This document shows, piece after piece, positions 29,507 to 38,874 of a stretch of DNA of 64,000 bases (positions are counted from its first letter, which is position 1; the number at the start of each line of letters is the position of its first letter). The notes beneath the pieces were generated by a model. The model made no database searches and was not told the origin of the DNA. It worked only from the letters and a program-made list of their open reading frames with translations. The stretch lies in NCBI GenBank assembly GCA_963713045.1, contig CAVQKE010000001.1, positions 224,001-288,000 on the forward strand, written 5' to 3'. The position numbers and the translations under genes were made by a program. The stretch comes from an uncultured delta proteobacterium (GTDB lineage Bacteria > Myxococcota > Myxococcia > Myxococcales > Myxococcaceae).

Positions 29507-29938
29507 ATGAAGATTGTCGACGCGAACGTCCTTCTCTATGCGACGAACTCCGACGCCCCTCAGCACCAGGCGTGCCGGGTGTGGCTTGAAGCAGCCCTGA
29601 ACGGAAACGAGCCTGTCGGTTTTGAATGGACCGTCCTACTTGCGTTCCTGCGCTTGGCGACCAAGCCTCAGGTCTTTGTCTGGCCGCTCTCGCCGGCGAG
29701 GGCCTTCGAGAGAATCCGCCTTTGGCTCTCCACGCCCGCGGCGATGTTGGTGGCTCCGGGTGACAGGCATCTGGACGTGCTCGAGAGCCTGCTCGCTCCG
29801 TTGTCGACAGCTGGGAACCTGACGGCCGATGCGCACCTGGCGGCCCTGGCCTTAGAACACGGGGCCGCTGTCGTCTCGTGTGATGCGGACTTTGAGCGGT
29901 TCTCAGGAGTCGTTCGCGTCAATCCCCTGAAAGCATAG
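29507..29938 (+). CDS. VapC PIN-domain toxin
   Basis: IVDANVLLYA, FLRLAT, GNLTADAHLAALALEH, DADFERF, NPL. Confidence 0.92.
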   Translation: MKIVDANVLLYATNSDAPQHQACRVWLEAALNGNEPVGFEWTVLLAFLRLATKPQVFVWPLSPARAFERIRLWLSTPAAMLVAPGDRHLDVLESLLAPLSTAGNLTADAHLAALALEHGAAVVSCDADFERFSGVVRVNPLKA

Positions 29939-30112
29939 CCTCCAGCGCCGCGCCTCCAGCTCCGCGGGCCAGCACCGCCGCAGCAATGCCCTCCAGCTGC
30001 GAGGAAGCGGAGCCCCTCGAGGGCGAAGAGCGCACAGCGAGCCTCGCAGGCGTTTGAAGCACCCCGGGCCGCGTGGCTGGTCCACTCGGGGACGAGGAAC
30101 GGCAGTCCCAGG

Positions 30113-30165
30113 GTGGTAACTCTATTGGAACTGCTTACCACCCCCACCCACGCCCACTGACGGCC
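30113..30165 (+). repeat. att-arm-like motif, copy C (no tRNA core)
   Basis: GTGGTAACTCTATTGGAACTGCTTAC (26 nt) is identical to copy A and the copy ends CCACTGACGGCC. Confidence 0.8.
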
Positions 30166-30333
30166 AATTCTCCTCGACAGTCCCGTCCGCCAAGCAGAAG
30201 GGCAAGGGAGAGGCGCAAAAGCGCGTGACTCCCAGCACCGCGCGATGGTGCCATGGCCTTCGGCCTCCAGCACGCAAGAGAGCGGCTACCGTGGCCCATG
30301 CTGGACCTCGGGGCGGCCCCATTGGGGTTCGCT

Positions 30334-30648
30334 TCACGCGCACCCGGTGGCGATGCCCAGCGCGAGACAGACGTTTTTCATTTGCTGCTCGCCGAGAGAA
30401 CCGACAAAACGCCTGAGACGCGTCTTGTCCACGCTTTGCAGGGTATCGAGTTTGACCGCCGAAGGGCGCTTGAGACCCTCTTCCACGCCGACCTGAACTT
30501 CGGTCGGAAGGTCGCGAATCGTGGAGGTCACCGGGGCAACCAGGACGGTATTCGAGACTTCGATGGTCGCGTTTCGCATTAGTACGAGAACCGGTCGCAG
30601 CTTGTCGGGCTTGCGAAACTCATAGGTCCAGATCTCGCCACGGCTCAC
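30334..30648 (-). CDS. PemK/MazF-family toxin
   Basis: RGEIWTY..PDKLRPVLVL, VAPVTSTIR, EEGLKRPS. Confidence 0.9.
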   Translation of the reverse strand: MSRGEIWTYEFRKPDKLRPVLVLMRNATIEVSNTVLVAPVTSTIRDLPTEVQVGVEEGLKRPSAVKLDTLQSVDKTRLRRFVGSLGEQQMKNVCLALGIATGCA

Positions 30649-30875
30649 TCGCTGGGCCACATTCCCTCTCGGTCCCAGCCTTCAAGTTCAGGATCGACTG
30701 GGGTCCTTCGGTAGCCTTCGCGAATCTGGTCGTCTATTTCGGCGCTCCGCCGCCGAGCCAGGTACTGCGCCAGTGCTCGCCGGATCACCGCCGAGCGTCC
30801 ATCCCGCTTGGCTTCGGCATTCGCATCTAAGGATTTCAGGAGGCGTTCATCGACGGTGACTTGTATAGCCTTCAT
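30645..30875 (-). CDS. RHH antitoxin
   Basis: MKAIQVTVDERLL..LD...RSAVIRRAL...IREGYRRTP; overlaps the toxin start. Confidence 0.85.
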   Translation of the reverse strand: MKAIQVTVDERLLKSLDANAEAKRDGRSAVIRRALAQYLARRRSAEIDDQIREGYRRTPVDPELEGWDREGMWPSE

Positions 30876-31058
30876 ATACAGAACAATATACAAGAGGCAC
30901 GCTTGAAGCGCCAGAGGGCCAGGACCCGAGCCTGAACCGATCTCGAAGTTCATCGGCTTGGACGCCCCTGCGGCGTCCTCGCGCGTGCCCAGCGCCTCGG
31001 GAAGCGCGGGGCTAGCCTGACTGGAAATGCGCGCCGCGGCCCCGCGTAAGAAGCCCCG

Positions 31059-31739
31059 ATGAGCGTCCCGAGCCACTACTCCGGTGGGTTCCGGCTGCCG
31101 CGCCACCGCCACGTGGGTGCGTATGCTGCCGTGGTGCTCTCCGGAGAGTTCGTCGAGGCCGGGGACAGGGGTCGACACCGTCTCGAAGCCGGGAATGTCG
31201 TGTTCCATCCGGCATTCGAGGCGCACCGTGACGACTTCGGGCGGCGCGGGGCCGTGGTCCTGGACATTCCGCTGGGCCGATGCCCGGCCTTCGCTACCGG
31301 CGAACTCGCCGCGCCGGATGGGGTCGTCCGTCTCGCCCGGCGGGACCCGCAGGCGGCGGCCGCGGTGCTCCTCAAGGACGTGCGGCCGGTGGAGGTGGCG
31401 CTCACCGACTGGCCGGACGTTCTCGCCCGCGCTCTGGCCGATGAACCTGTGCTCTCCCTCGCGACCTGGGCGGAGCGGAGCGGCCTCAGCGCCCAGACGT
31501 TGAGTCGCGGCTTCCGGCATGCGTACGGAACGACCCCCAAGCGGTTCCGGGCCGAGCACCGCGCGCAGCGGGCAGTCCGCGCGCTGGCCGCCTGGACGGG
31601 GACGTTGGCCGAACTCGCGGTCGAGCTCGGGTTCGCCGACCAGGCCCATCTCACGCGAGCCGTAGTATCGCTGACAGAGTGGACGCCCGGGCAACTGCGC
31701 GCGAAGTGGATACAAGACGGCAGGCGTACCCCGGGCTAG
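31059..31739 (+). CDS. AraC-family regulator
   Basis: Cupin-like HRH...GD, then LSRGFRHAYG and LAVELGFADQAHLTR. Confidence 0.88.
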   Translation: MSVPSHYSGGFRLPRHRHVGAYAAVVLSGEFVEAGDRGRHRLEAGNVVFHPAFEAHRDDFGRRGAVVLDIPLGRCPAFATGELAAPDGVVRLARRDPQAAAAVLLKDVRPVEVALTDWPDVLARALADEPVLSLATWAERSGLSAQTLSRGFRHAYGTTPKRFRAEHRAQRAVRALAAWTGTLAELAVELGFADQAHLTRAVVSLTEWTPGQLRAKWIQDGRRTPG

Positions 31740-31749
31740 AGGCGGAGCG

Positions 31750-32917
31750 ATGCATCGCCGAACCGTTCTCGCAGGCTCGCTCGCGCTCCTGGCATCGCAG
31801 AGCGTCCGCGCGCGCGATGGGGGAAGCCCCGCGCGCCGGACCCGCTGGTCAGTGCGGCCCTCGGAAGGCCTGGACGCGATTCTCGTTCCTCCAGCCGCTC
31901 TCGGGGCGCTCGCTTTACACCGAACCCTATGCCGAGGAGCTGAAGGCTTTCGCGCCCCGACTCCCACCGGAGGTCGGCGCCGACGTGCCGAGGCTCTGGG
32001 CCGAGGCCGAGAAGGCCGGCGTGGGTCTCCTCGCGCCGGAACTCGACGTGCTCTTCTCCAGCGGGCGGAACGGGGACACGCTCGAGACTGTTCTCGCCGC
32101 GCTCGAAGCCCCCGAGCAGAAGCTGCTCCCCGCGTACCGCGAGAGCCCCTACTGGGAGCAAGAGACGTGGGCCTGGCTGATGGGTGCGCGTGGGCGGCTG
32201 AGTACCGTGTTCCGCGCGATGCGGACGGCGGGATTCGTCCAGTTCCGGGAGCAGAGTGCGGGACGCGCGCTCGCTGCGCGGGTGGCGAGCGTTCGCCACG
32301 ACCTAGGCGGCTTCGATGTCATCGCGTGGGAGGAGAAGCTGACCGGCCGCATCTTTGATCCGACAATCAACATCGTGCTTCTGCTGTTCTGCAAGCCACA
32401 CGGGATCAAGGTGCAGGGGCAGACCTTCCTCCAGGCATATGATTACGACATCCCGACCACAGTGCGGATCGCCGCGCACGAGATGTTGCACCCCCCAGTC
32501 CCAATGGACGGGGCGGCGGCGCGCGCCGCGCTGGCAGTGATCTCGAAAGACCCACTGATGACACGGATCGTGCACGATCACGATCCGCGCTGGGGGTACA
32601 CGACGTTGGAAGGGCTTCTGAACGAGGACCTGTGCCAGGCGCTGGACCAGCTGATCAGCGAGGCGCTGGGCGTGGGCCGAAATCCCGCCAACCGCTGGCG
32701 GGAGTCGGACGACGGGATGCACGTGCTTGCGGCAGGATTGTACGCCTACCTGCTCGAGGACCGCTGGGAGGAGCTTGGCGGGTCCATCGAGAGGTGGCTC
32801 GGTGAACTCGCGGCCAGCGGGCGCCTCGACCCCGAGCGGCTGCACGCAACGGCCGCCGCGGTCCTGGAGCGCCCGGTGACGCGGCTCTGGCCATTGGACG
32901 CTGACACGGGTCGCTAG
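31750..32917 (+). pseudogene. Tat-signal hypothetical protein with an apparent 1-nt frameshift near 31880
   Basis: MHRRTVLAG...SEGLDAI in one frame continues as SFLQPLSG...IAAHEMLH... in another. Confidence 0.6.
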
Positions 32918-32970
32918 GAGCGACGCTCTCTCGAGCGACTGCGCTGTCCAAGCCTCGAGCAGCCGACGGG

Positions 32971-33761
32971 CTACGACCACTCGCTGCTCAGCGGTTCGTC
33001 GGGCTGGTCCCCCTTTCTGTTTGGGGCTCCTCGTTCTGAGCAATCGGGTGAGCAGGGAAAACACGAGGGTCGGCCCTGCAACTGTCGCGATACCCACGAC
33101 GACGAAGGCCGCGTGGCGGAGAAAGTCCGGGCGAGAAAAGGCGCCATGAAGGGCGGGCAGTCCAAGGATGACCGCCGCGTAGCACCCTAAGGGGACGAGG
33201 AGTGTTAGGCCGGCGTTGCGCTGGTTAGCCGCCATGGAACATCCGATCGACCGCACGGTGGGCGCAGCGGTACAAGAGAATGAGCGCGCCCGTGTACACC
33301 ACCACGCCAAGCAGCCGATGGGCGTCTCCCTCGGAGAGGAAGGCACCGTAGGTGGAACGGTGGGCGTGGAGGGCGATGGCGAACCCAATGCGGACCGCAT
33401 TGGCTCCGAGGGTGCAGAGATACGCTGAGGCGGCCGAGGCGCTCAATAACAGGAGCCCACCACGCCAAGACTTCACCCGTTCCGCGAACCCCACAACGCC
33501 GGAGAGGAACACGGCACTGAGGAAGTTCACACCGGCACAGGCCGGCGCGATGAGGAAGTGAGCGTCGGCGTCGAGAAAGCCCTGCCCGGCAATCCAGTCA
33601 AAGCGCCCCACATGCGCCACGTCGAGCAGGGCGGCGGTTGGCACGAGAAGCCAGCGGAGGCCCTCGGCACTGGCGTGGGACGCCGCGGCCTTGGCCCCCA
33701 AGACCCCGGCCCCGGCCGTTCCCCAAATGACCGCCCGCCCCACCACGCTAAGCGCGCCCAT
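32971..33761 (-). CDS. xrtK: exosortase K (XrtK)-like protein; C-terminal TM part lies in another frame after about 33235
   Basis: LRWLLVPTA, FLIAPACAGVNF (Cys), ANAVRI (Arg), AHRLLGVVVY (His); downstream frame PLGCYAAVILGLPALHGA..FLRHA. 3' end is uncertain. Confidence 0.72.
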
Positions 33762-35772
33762 GGCGTCCTTCCACCACGTGGGCTTGGAGCCGCCGCCGAG
33801 CCGAGGACCAAACCAGCAGCGCCATTGCTACCGTCAGCACCCAAATCAGGGCGGGCTCGTCCCCCTGGACTACCTCGCCGCCCCCGACCGCCGTGTCTTC
33901 CACGCCTGCTGGGAGTGGAAGGGGCTGCTGCACATTGCGGCCTGGGCTGGAGGTCCGGACTTCCTCGGATACCGCGATGAAGGACGTGTAGGCAGTCAGC
34001 AAGCTGTACTTCAACCCCAGCTCCACAACCTGCGGCTTCAGCTGTTCCCTGTTGTCGCCGTAGTCCTCCAGTGCAGCGATGCGTTCGCGGGCCCAGGTGT
34101 AGCGCAGTGGGGCGTTGGCGTCGGTGGGCTCTGCCTGGCTGACATCAAAGGTCTGGACGTAGTCTCCTTCACCCGTCCTGCCGGTGAGACGGAGCGTGCC
34201 TGTTCGCGGGCCCTGCCACTTGCCCAACAGGACGATCGGCCGATCGGCCAGTACGTCAGGAATTCCCTGCGGCTCGACGTCGGAGATGTCAAAGCCGTCC
34301 GCCTCGAGGTGGATATCCGTGAGGACCGGCCGGCCCACGTAGCTCAAGAAGCGTTGCGCCTCGGCGGCGGCGTCAGACGGCTTGAGGACGACGAAGGACT
34401 CGCCCAGACCCGCCTTGGCAATGCCATCCACCAGGTAGCGGTTTACGGCCGAGCCGATTCCGAAGCAGAAGATGTTGGCATTCCCGAGGTTGTCGCGAAC
34501 GGTTTGAAAGAGTTCCTTTTCGGTGGAGATGTAGCCATCGGTGATGACAATGAAGGTCCGGGACATTCCTTCCTGTCGCGGCAGGCTCAAGGCCTTGAGC
34601 AGCGCCGGCCTAAGTTCGGTCCCTCCACCGCCGCGCTCACGGTCCAGATAGTCCATCGCGGTGGAGAGGTTGTCCGGCGTTGCCTGGAGGGAGGCGGGTG
34701 ACATGAGCCGGAACGCTCCGGAGAAGAGCAGGAGGTTGAACGAATCCTGCGGCCGGAGGCCTGCCACGAGCTGCCCCATCAAGGTCTTGGCCGTCTTGAG
34801 CGGAAAGCCCATCATGGAGCCGGACACGTCGATGACAAAGACGTATTCCCGCGGGGGCAACTCGTCGGTTGTCACGCGCCTCGGAGGCTGGACCATGAGC
34901 ATGAAGAAGTTCTCATCCGTCCCCTGGTAGAGAGACAGTCCGGACTGGACGGCCTTTCCCGTCAAGGCGTAGCGCAGGACGAAGTCGCGGTTTCCGCCCG
35001 AGTTCTCCTTGGGGTCCAACGCGACGACGGCGCGCATTGGGCTGCGATAGCTCACCTGGACGGCGTGGGATGTGGAACCAAGCCCTTCCAGGGGGACGCC
35101 CGCGGTTATGCCGCCCGAGATGGAGAAGCCCGCCGGCGAATCTGTACCCTCGTGTAGGTATGGGCTCTCGATAAATGCGTCTGTTGGCTGAGCCTCCGAG
35201 GCCTTGATGGCGGAGTAGCGCGGCCCCACCACGGTGGGGAACACGAACTCGTAGATGCCTGAGGTGGGAACTAGGAGCTCCGTATAGTGGAGCTCCACCT
35301 TCACCTCCTCGTTGGGGAGGATGTTGGCCACGCTCATCTGAAACACGTTGGGGCGGTGCTGCTCGAGCAGCGAGGCGCTCTTGCCGCTCTGCTTGGCCAC
35401 CTCGTACGTCTTGCGCGCCTCCTCACGCTCCTTGATTTGCGCGTGGATGATCCGGTCCTTCAGCCGCATGGTCAGTCCGTGCACGGCTGCCCGGGTGGAC
35501 GCGGGGAAAACGTATTCGGCGCTGATGGGTACCGTGCCCCGGTTCTGGTACGTCTGCTCCACCGTGACGTCTGCGCTGGTGCCGGAGATGTCAAAGTGGA
35601 CCTGTGTCCCCTGCAGCGGGAAGGTCTCCTCGCCACCCGACTCGCCGCGGACGACAAAATACGGGGCGAGGATTCGATCCCCGTTAGTTTGGGAAAAGGC
35701 GCCGGTACCCAGAAGGCAAAGCGCCACCGTGAAAAGTCCTGTCCATCCGTTTGCTCTTCCTAGACCTCGCAT
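33748..35772 (-). CDS. VIT plus vWA domain secreted protein with a PEP-CTERM-like (GDEP) tail
   Basis: VTVEQTYQN, AEYVFP, ASLLEQHRPNVF, FVIDVSGSM, GGTEL, ITDG, LLTAYTSFIAV; tail QGDEP, TM segment, RRR. Confidence 0.88.
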   Translation of the reverse strand: MRGLGRANGWTGLFTVALCLLGTGAFSQTNGDRILAPYFVVRGESGGEETFPLQGTQVHFDISGTSADVTVEQTYQNRGTVPISAEYVFPASTRAAVHGLTMRLKDRIIHAQIKEREEARKTYEVAKQSGKSASLLEQHRPNVFQMSVANILPNEEVKVELHYTELLVPTSGIYEFVFPTVVGPRYSAIKASEAQPTDAFIESPYLHEGTDSPAGFSISGGITAGVPLEGLGSTSHAVQVSYRSPMRAVVALDPKENSGGNRDFVLRYALTGKAVQSGLSLYQGTDENFFMLMVQPPRRVTTDELPPREYVFVIDVSGSMMGFPLKTAKTLMGQLVAGLRPQDSFNLLLFSGAFRLMSPASLQATPDNLSTAMDYLDRERGGGGTELRPALLKALSLPRQEGMSRTFIVITDGYISTEKELFQTVRDNLGNANIFCFGIGSAVNRYLVDGIAKAGLGESFVVLKPSDAAAEAQRFLSYVGRPVLTDIHLEADGFDISDVEPQGIPDVLADRPIVLLGKWQGPRTGTLRLTGRTGEGDYVQTFDVSQAEPTDANAPLRYTWARERIAALEDYGDNREQLKPQVVELGLKYSLLTAYTSFIAVSEEVRTSSPGRNVQQPLPLPAGVEDTAVGGGEVVQGDEPALIWVLTVAMALLVWSSARRRLQAHVVEGRHGRA

Positions 35773-36078
35773 GCTGTTCCTCCGCACTGGCGAGTGGCGG
35801 CACTTGCAAGGGGGCGGCCAGGTCCGGACGGGCGAAACGCGGCGAGGATGGAGAGCGAACGTGGGTCTTGGGCCGCAGACCGTGGCACCTTGCACGCAGG
35901 GCAGCGGTATGCGCAGCCGCGGTCCGGCCTTCCCTACCCCAGCCGCCTCCGCCGACGAACCCAGACGAAGCTCAGGAAGGTTTTAGTTCGTTGGATGCAG
36001 AGCACTCTTGAAGCCGAGCCTGTTCGGCGTCCCCGTCTGCGGGGACTACCGGCGCGTCGAGTGTCGGGCCGATCCCAC

Positions 36079-36152
36079 GGTGACTCTATTGGCACTCCGA
36101 CGACCGCAGTACCGAAGGACGACTGTTAATCACCACGTCCCAGGTTCGAGTC
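36079..36152 (+). repeat. attR-like site E: internally deleted arm plus truncated tRNA-Asn 3' part
   Basis: GGTGACTCTATTGGCACT and GACGACCGCAGTACC, then 36121-36152 matching the tRNA at 31/32. Confidence 0.82.
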
Positions 36153-36385
36153 TGAAGCGGGATATTTGGATCGGCAAAAGCAGCGCGGGGCGCCGATGAC
36201 TCGGCCATCTCGACCCGGGTGATTCCCAGGGACGAAGACCTCATGATCGCCGGTCCACGTCTACCGTGCTAGGCCTGGCGGCAACCTGAGCTTCGGCGTC
36301 GACCTCCGAGAAGGCCCAGAGAGTGAATTTTAATGTCTGGTGACGTCAAGGCCAAGTTCGACGCGCCACGGGCCGGCACGTCTGC

Positions 36386-37054
36386 TTGAGGCATGTGAGC
36401 CAGCGCGAACGGGTAGCCCTCGTGCTTCTGATGCTCGCGCCGCCAGCCAAGGCGACGCCATCGGCCAACGAGGCGTCGGCCCCAACCACCAGCTCCGAGG
36501 CGACGAACGCACCCTGGGATTTCGGCTTTTTGGTCTCCGGCTTCTATTACCCGGACCAGAGTGGATACCTCCAGCCAACCGTGACCGTTGACCACGGCTG
36601 GCTGCATCTTGAAGCGAGGTACAACGATGAGGCCTTGCAGACGGCGTCACTGTGGGTGGGATGGAACCTCGCCTGGGGAGAGGAGCTCAAGCTCTCGCTG
36701 ACCCCAATGGTCGGCGGCATCTTCGGGAAGGAGAACGGCATCGCACCCGGGCTCGAGTGGTCGCTCGCCTGGGGGCCCCTTGAGCTCTCGTCTGAGAATG
36801 AGTTCGTGATCGACCTAGGGAATCTGGAGCAGAGCTACTTCTATGCCCGGTCCGAGCTGAACGTCCGGCCTCTCCCTTGGCTGCACGCGGGGGTAGCGCT
36901 CCAGCGGACGAAGGTGCACGCGGTCCCTCGAGTAGCCTCCTGGGGGCCACTGATCGGCGTGTCGGTCTGGAAGTTTGAGGTGGCCGCCTCGTGGTTCAAC
37001 CCAGGCCAGGCCGACGCCCAGTACTGGGCGGTGTACGTTGGCTTTCACCTGTGA
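36386..37054 (+). CDS. hypothetical exported beta-rich protein
   Basis: Signal-like N-terminus, aromatic amphipathic strands, ends VYVGFHL. Confidence 0.6.
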   Translation: MRHVSQRERVALVLLMLAPPAKATPSANEASAPTTSSEATNAPWDFGFLVSGFYYPDQSGYLQPTVTVDHGWLHLEARYNDEALQTASLWVGWNLAWGEELKLSLTPMVGGIFGKENGIAPGLEWSLAWGPLELSSENEFVIDLGNLEQSYFYARSELNVRPLPWLHAGVALQRTKVHAVPRVASWGPLIGVSVWKFEVAASWFNPGQADAQYWAVYVGFHL

Positions 37055-37758
37055 TGCGTCCACTCGAGGGATTGCCGAAAAACGCTGGGACGAGGAAGGG
37101 CAAGTGGCCAGTGCATCCGGGCCAAAAGCGCGTCCTCAGTCCAGTGGAACGGCTGTCTGAGATCGTCTTTGGCCTCATCATGACGCTCTCGATTACCGGG
37201 ACACTGAGCGTCGCCGAGAATGGCAGGAGCGACGTTCGCACAATGCTCATCGGAGCTCTTGGTTGCAACACGGCTTGGGGCATCGTCGACGCGTTGATGT
37301 ACTTGGTCGTCGTGCTGACCGAGCGGTATCGCGGTCTGGCTTTGTTGCACGCCGTCCGGGGCGAGCCGGACACCGAGGACGCCCATCGGATGATCGCGGA
37401 CCGTCTTCCTCCGCTCATCGCAGCCTCTATCCAAGCGCCCGAACTCGAGAGCTTGCGCCGGCGATTCGCGGAAATGACCGTCATACCCTCGGCGGGACTG
37501 ACTCGGCGCGACGTGCTCGGCGCCCTCGGCGTGTTCCTGCTCGTCTTCCTCAGTACCCTCCCGGTCGTCTTGCCATTCCTCCTCCCGGTCGCGCCGCTGC
37601 GGGCGCTCCGCCTGTCGAATGCAGTGGCCGTGGCGATGCTCTTCGCGCTGGGGTACCGACTCGGCCAGTACATCAGCAGATGGCCATTCCTCTTCGGAGT
37701 TTGCGCGGTTGCGGTGGGTGGGGCGCTCGTTGGCCTCACGATCGCGCTTGGAGGCTGA
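37054..37758 (+). CDS. VIT1/CCC1-like membrane protein
   Basis: RVLSPVERLSEIVFGLIM, GCNTAWGIVDA, ends IALGG; TGATG coupling. Confidence 0.75.
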   Translation: MRPLEGLPKNAGTRKGKWPVHPGQKRVLSPVERLSEIVFGLIMTLSITGTLSVAENGRSDVRTMLIGALGCNTAWGIVDALMYLVVVLTERYRGLALLHAVRGEPDTEDAHRMIADRLPPLIAASIQAPELESLRRRFAEMTVIPSAGLTRRDVLGALGVFLLVFLSTLPVVLPFLLPVAPLRALRLSNAVAVAMLFALGYRLGQYISRWPFLFGVCAVAVGGALVGLTIALGG

Positions 37759-37935
37759 CGTCTAGGCTTCGCGCGACCGGCCGATCGAATCAACACGGAA
37801 ACCCAGCGCCCTTTCGCCTCGTAGCGAGAACTAGAACGCCCGGCAAGCTACGAGGGCTTGCCCTTTGGGTCGCCTCGATCGCGCGACCGGCGTCTCCCTC
37901 GGCCCCCCTCGCGGGGTTTCACGTCGTAGGCGCTA

Positions 37936-38865
37936 CTAGTCTTCTGCCGGCGGCGCGGTGACTTTCCAAGAATCGTCCGGATTGAATCGCGTCATGGCCA
38001 TGGCCTGCCCAGCCGTGTTCGACCCGAGGTCCTTCTGGAAGACCACTCCTGCCTGGTTGACGAGAAACGTCATTATTCCCGACTTGCCGTAGGAGGCCGG
38101 ATAGGCGACCAGAGCGAATCCGCCGACGAGCTTGCCCTGCAACACATAGTTGAGGCTGCCGCCCTCAGCGTGTGGGCCCTGTGCCGTTAGGATTCGATAG
38201 AAATAGCCATGGTACGGCGCGCGCTTGCCGTGCTGGGGGTCATAGCCCTCTCGCCTCGCGCCACCAACAGCCGGCCCGAGAGGGCTCTCCGGCTTCCCCT
38301 GTTCCGTTGGCCAGTAGAGGCCGTCCTGCTTGCCCGGTGAGCTGATGAGTTTGCTGGCGTAGTGAGGGAGGGCCTCGCCGTCCGGATTCAACTCGCGGTA
38401 CTCGCGCTGTGCTTCGACATAGTTCCGGCAGACTTGGATGGCATCTAGCTCGTTGCGGCCCACGCGCCGCGCGAGGATTTCCTCCTCACCCGCCTTGGGC
38501 TCAAAGACCCAGCCCTTCTTAGTCTTCGCTAGGGGGATGGCGAAGGGCCAGTCGTCGTCCCCCAACATCAAGGTGCGTGAAGTGTCAGTTGGAGCGACCA
38601 AGGCATGAGCGTGGTCATACTTTTCGACGAAGCGAAGAAGTGCAGCCCGGTCTGCGACCGCATCCCCGGATTCGAGCAGCGAGCGCGCGCCGCTTCCCAG
38701 CACGCCCAGCACCGCATCCATTTCCCCGGTACGTGCCGCCTCGACCAGCGCTTGCGTCGCCTCCTCCGGAGTGGCGAACGCACGGCCCGCAGCGGCCAGC
38801 ACCGGAGAGGCGCCAGCGGTAACCAGCAGCAAAACGAGCCAAACGTTGGTGCGACGAGTTGCCAT
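37936..38865 (-). CDS. DUF2950 family protein
   Basis: FATPEEA, WPFAIPL, RRVGRNEL, DGLYW, PYHGYFYRIL, YGKSGIMTF. Confidence 0.92.
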   Translation of the reverse strand: MATRRTNVWLVLLLVTAGASPVLAAAGRAFATPEEATQALVEAARTGEMDAVLGVLGSGARSLLESGDAVADRAALLRFVEKYDHAHALVAPTDTSRTLMLGDDDWPFAIPLAKTKKGWVFEPKAGEEEILARRVGRNELDAIQVCRNYVEAQREYRELNPDGEALPHYASKLISSPGKQDGLYWPTEQGKPESPLGPAVGGARREGYDPQHGKRAPYHGYFYRILTAQGPHAEGGSLNYVLQGKLVGGFALVAYPASYGKSGIMTFLVNQAGVVFQKDLGSNTAGQAMAMTRFNPDDSWKVTAPPAED

Positions 38866-38874
38866 GGTCGTCCT

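Noticed and set aside
19794..36152. Repeats as a CRISPR array or integron attC array
   Set aside because: Spacing is kilobases, the repeats are not palindromic in the attC manner, and no cas or intI gene is present.
21659..36152. tRNA copies as functional tRNA genes
   Set aside because: All lack the 5' acceptor strand and the D arm.
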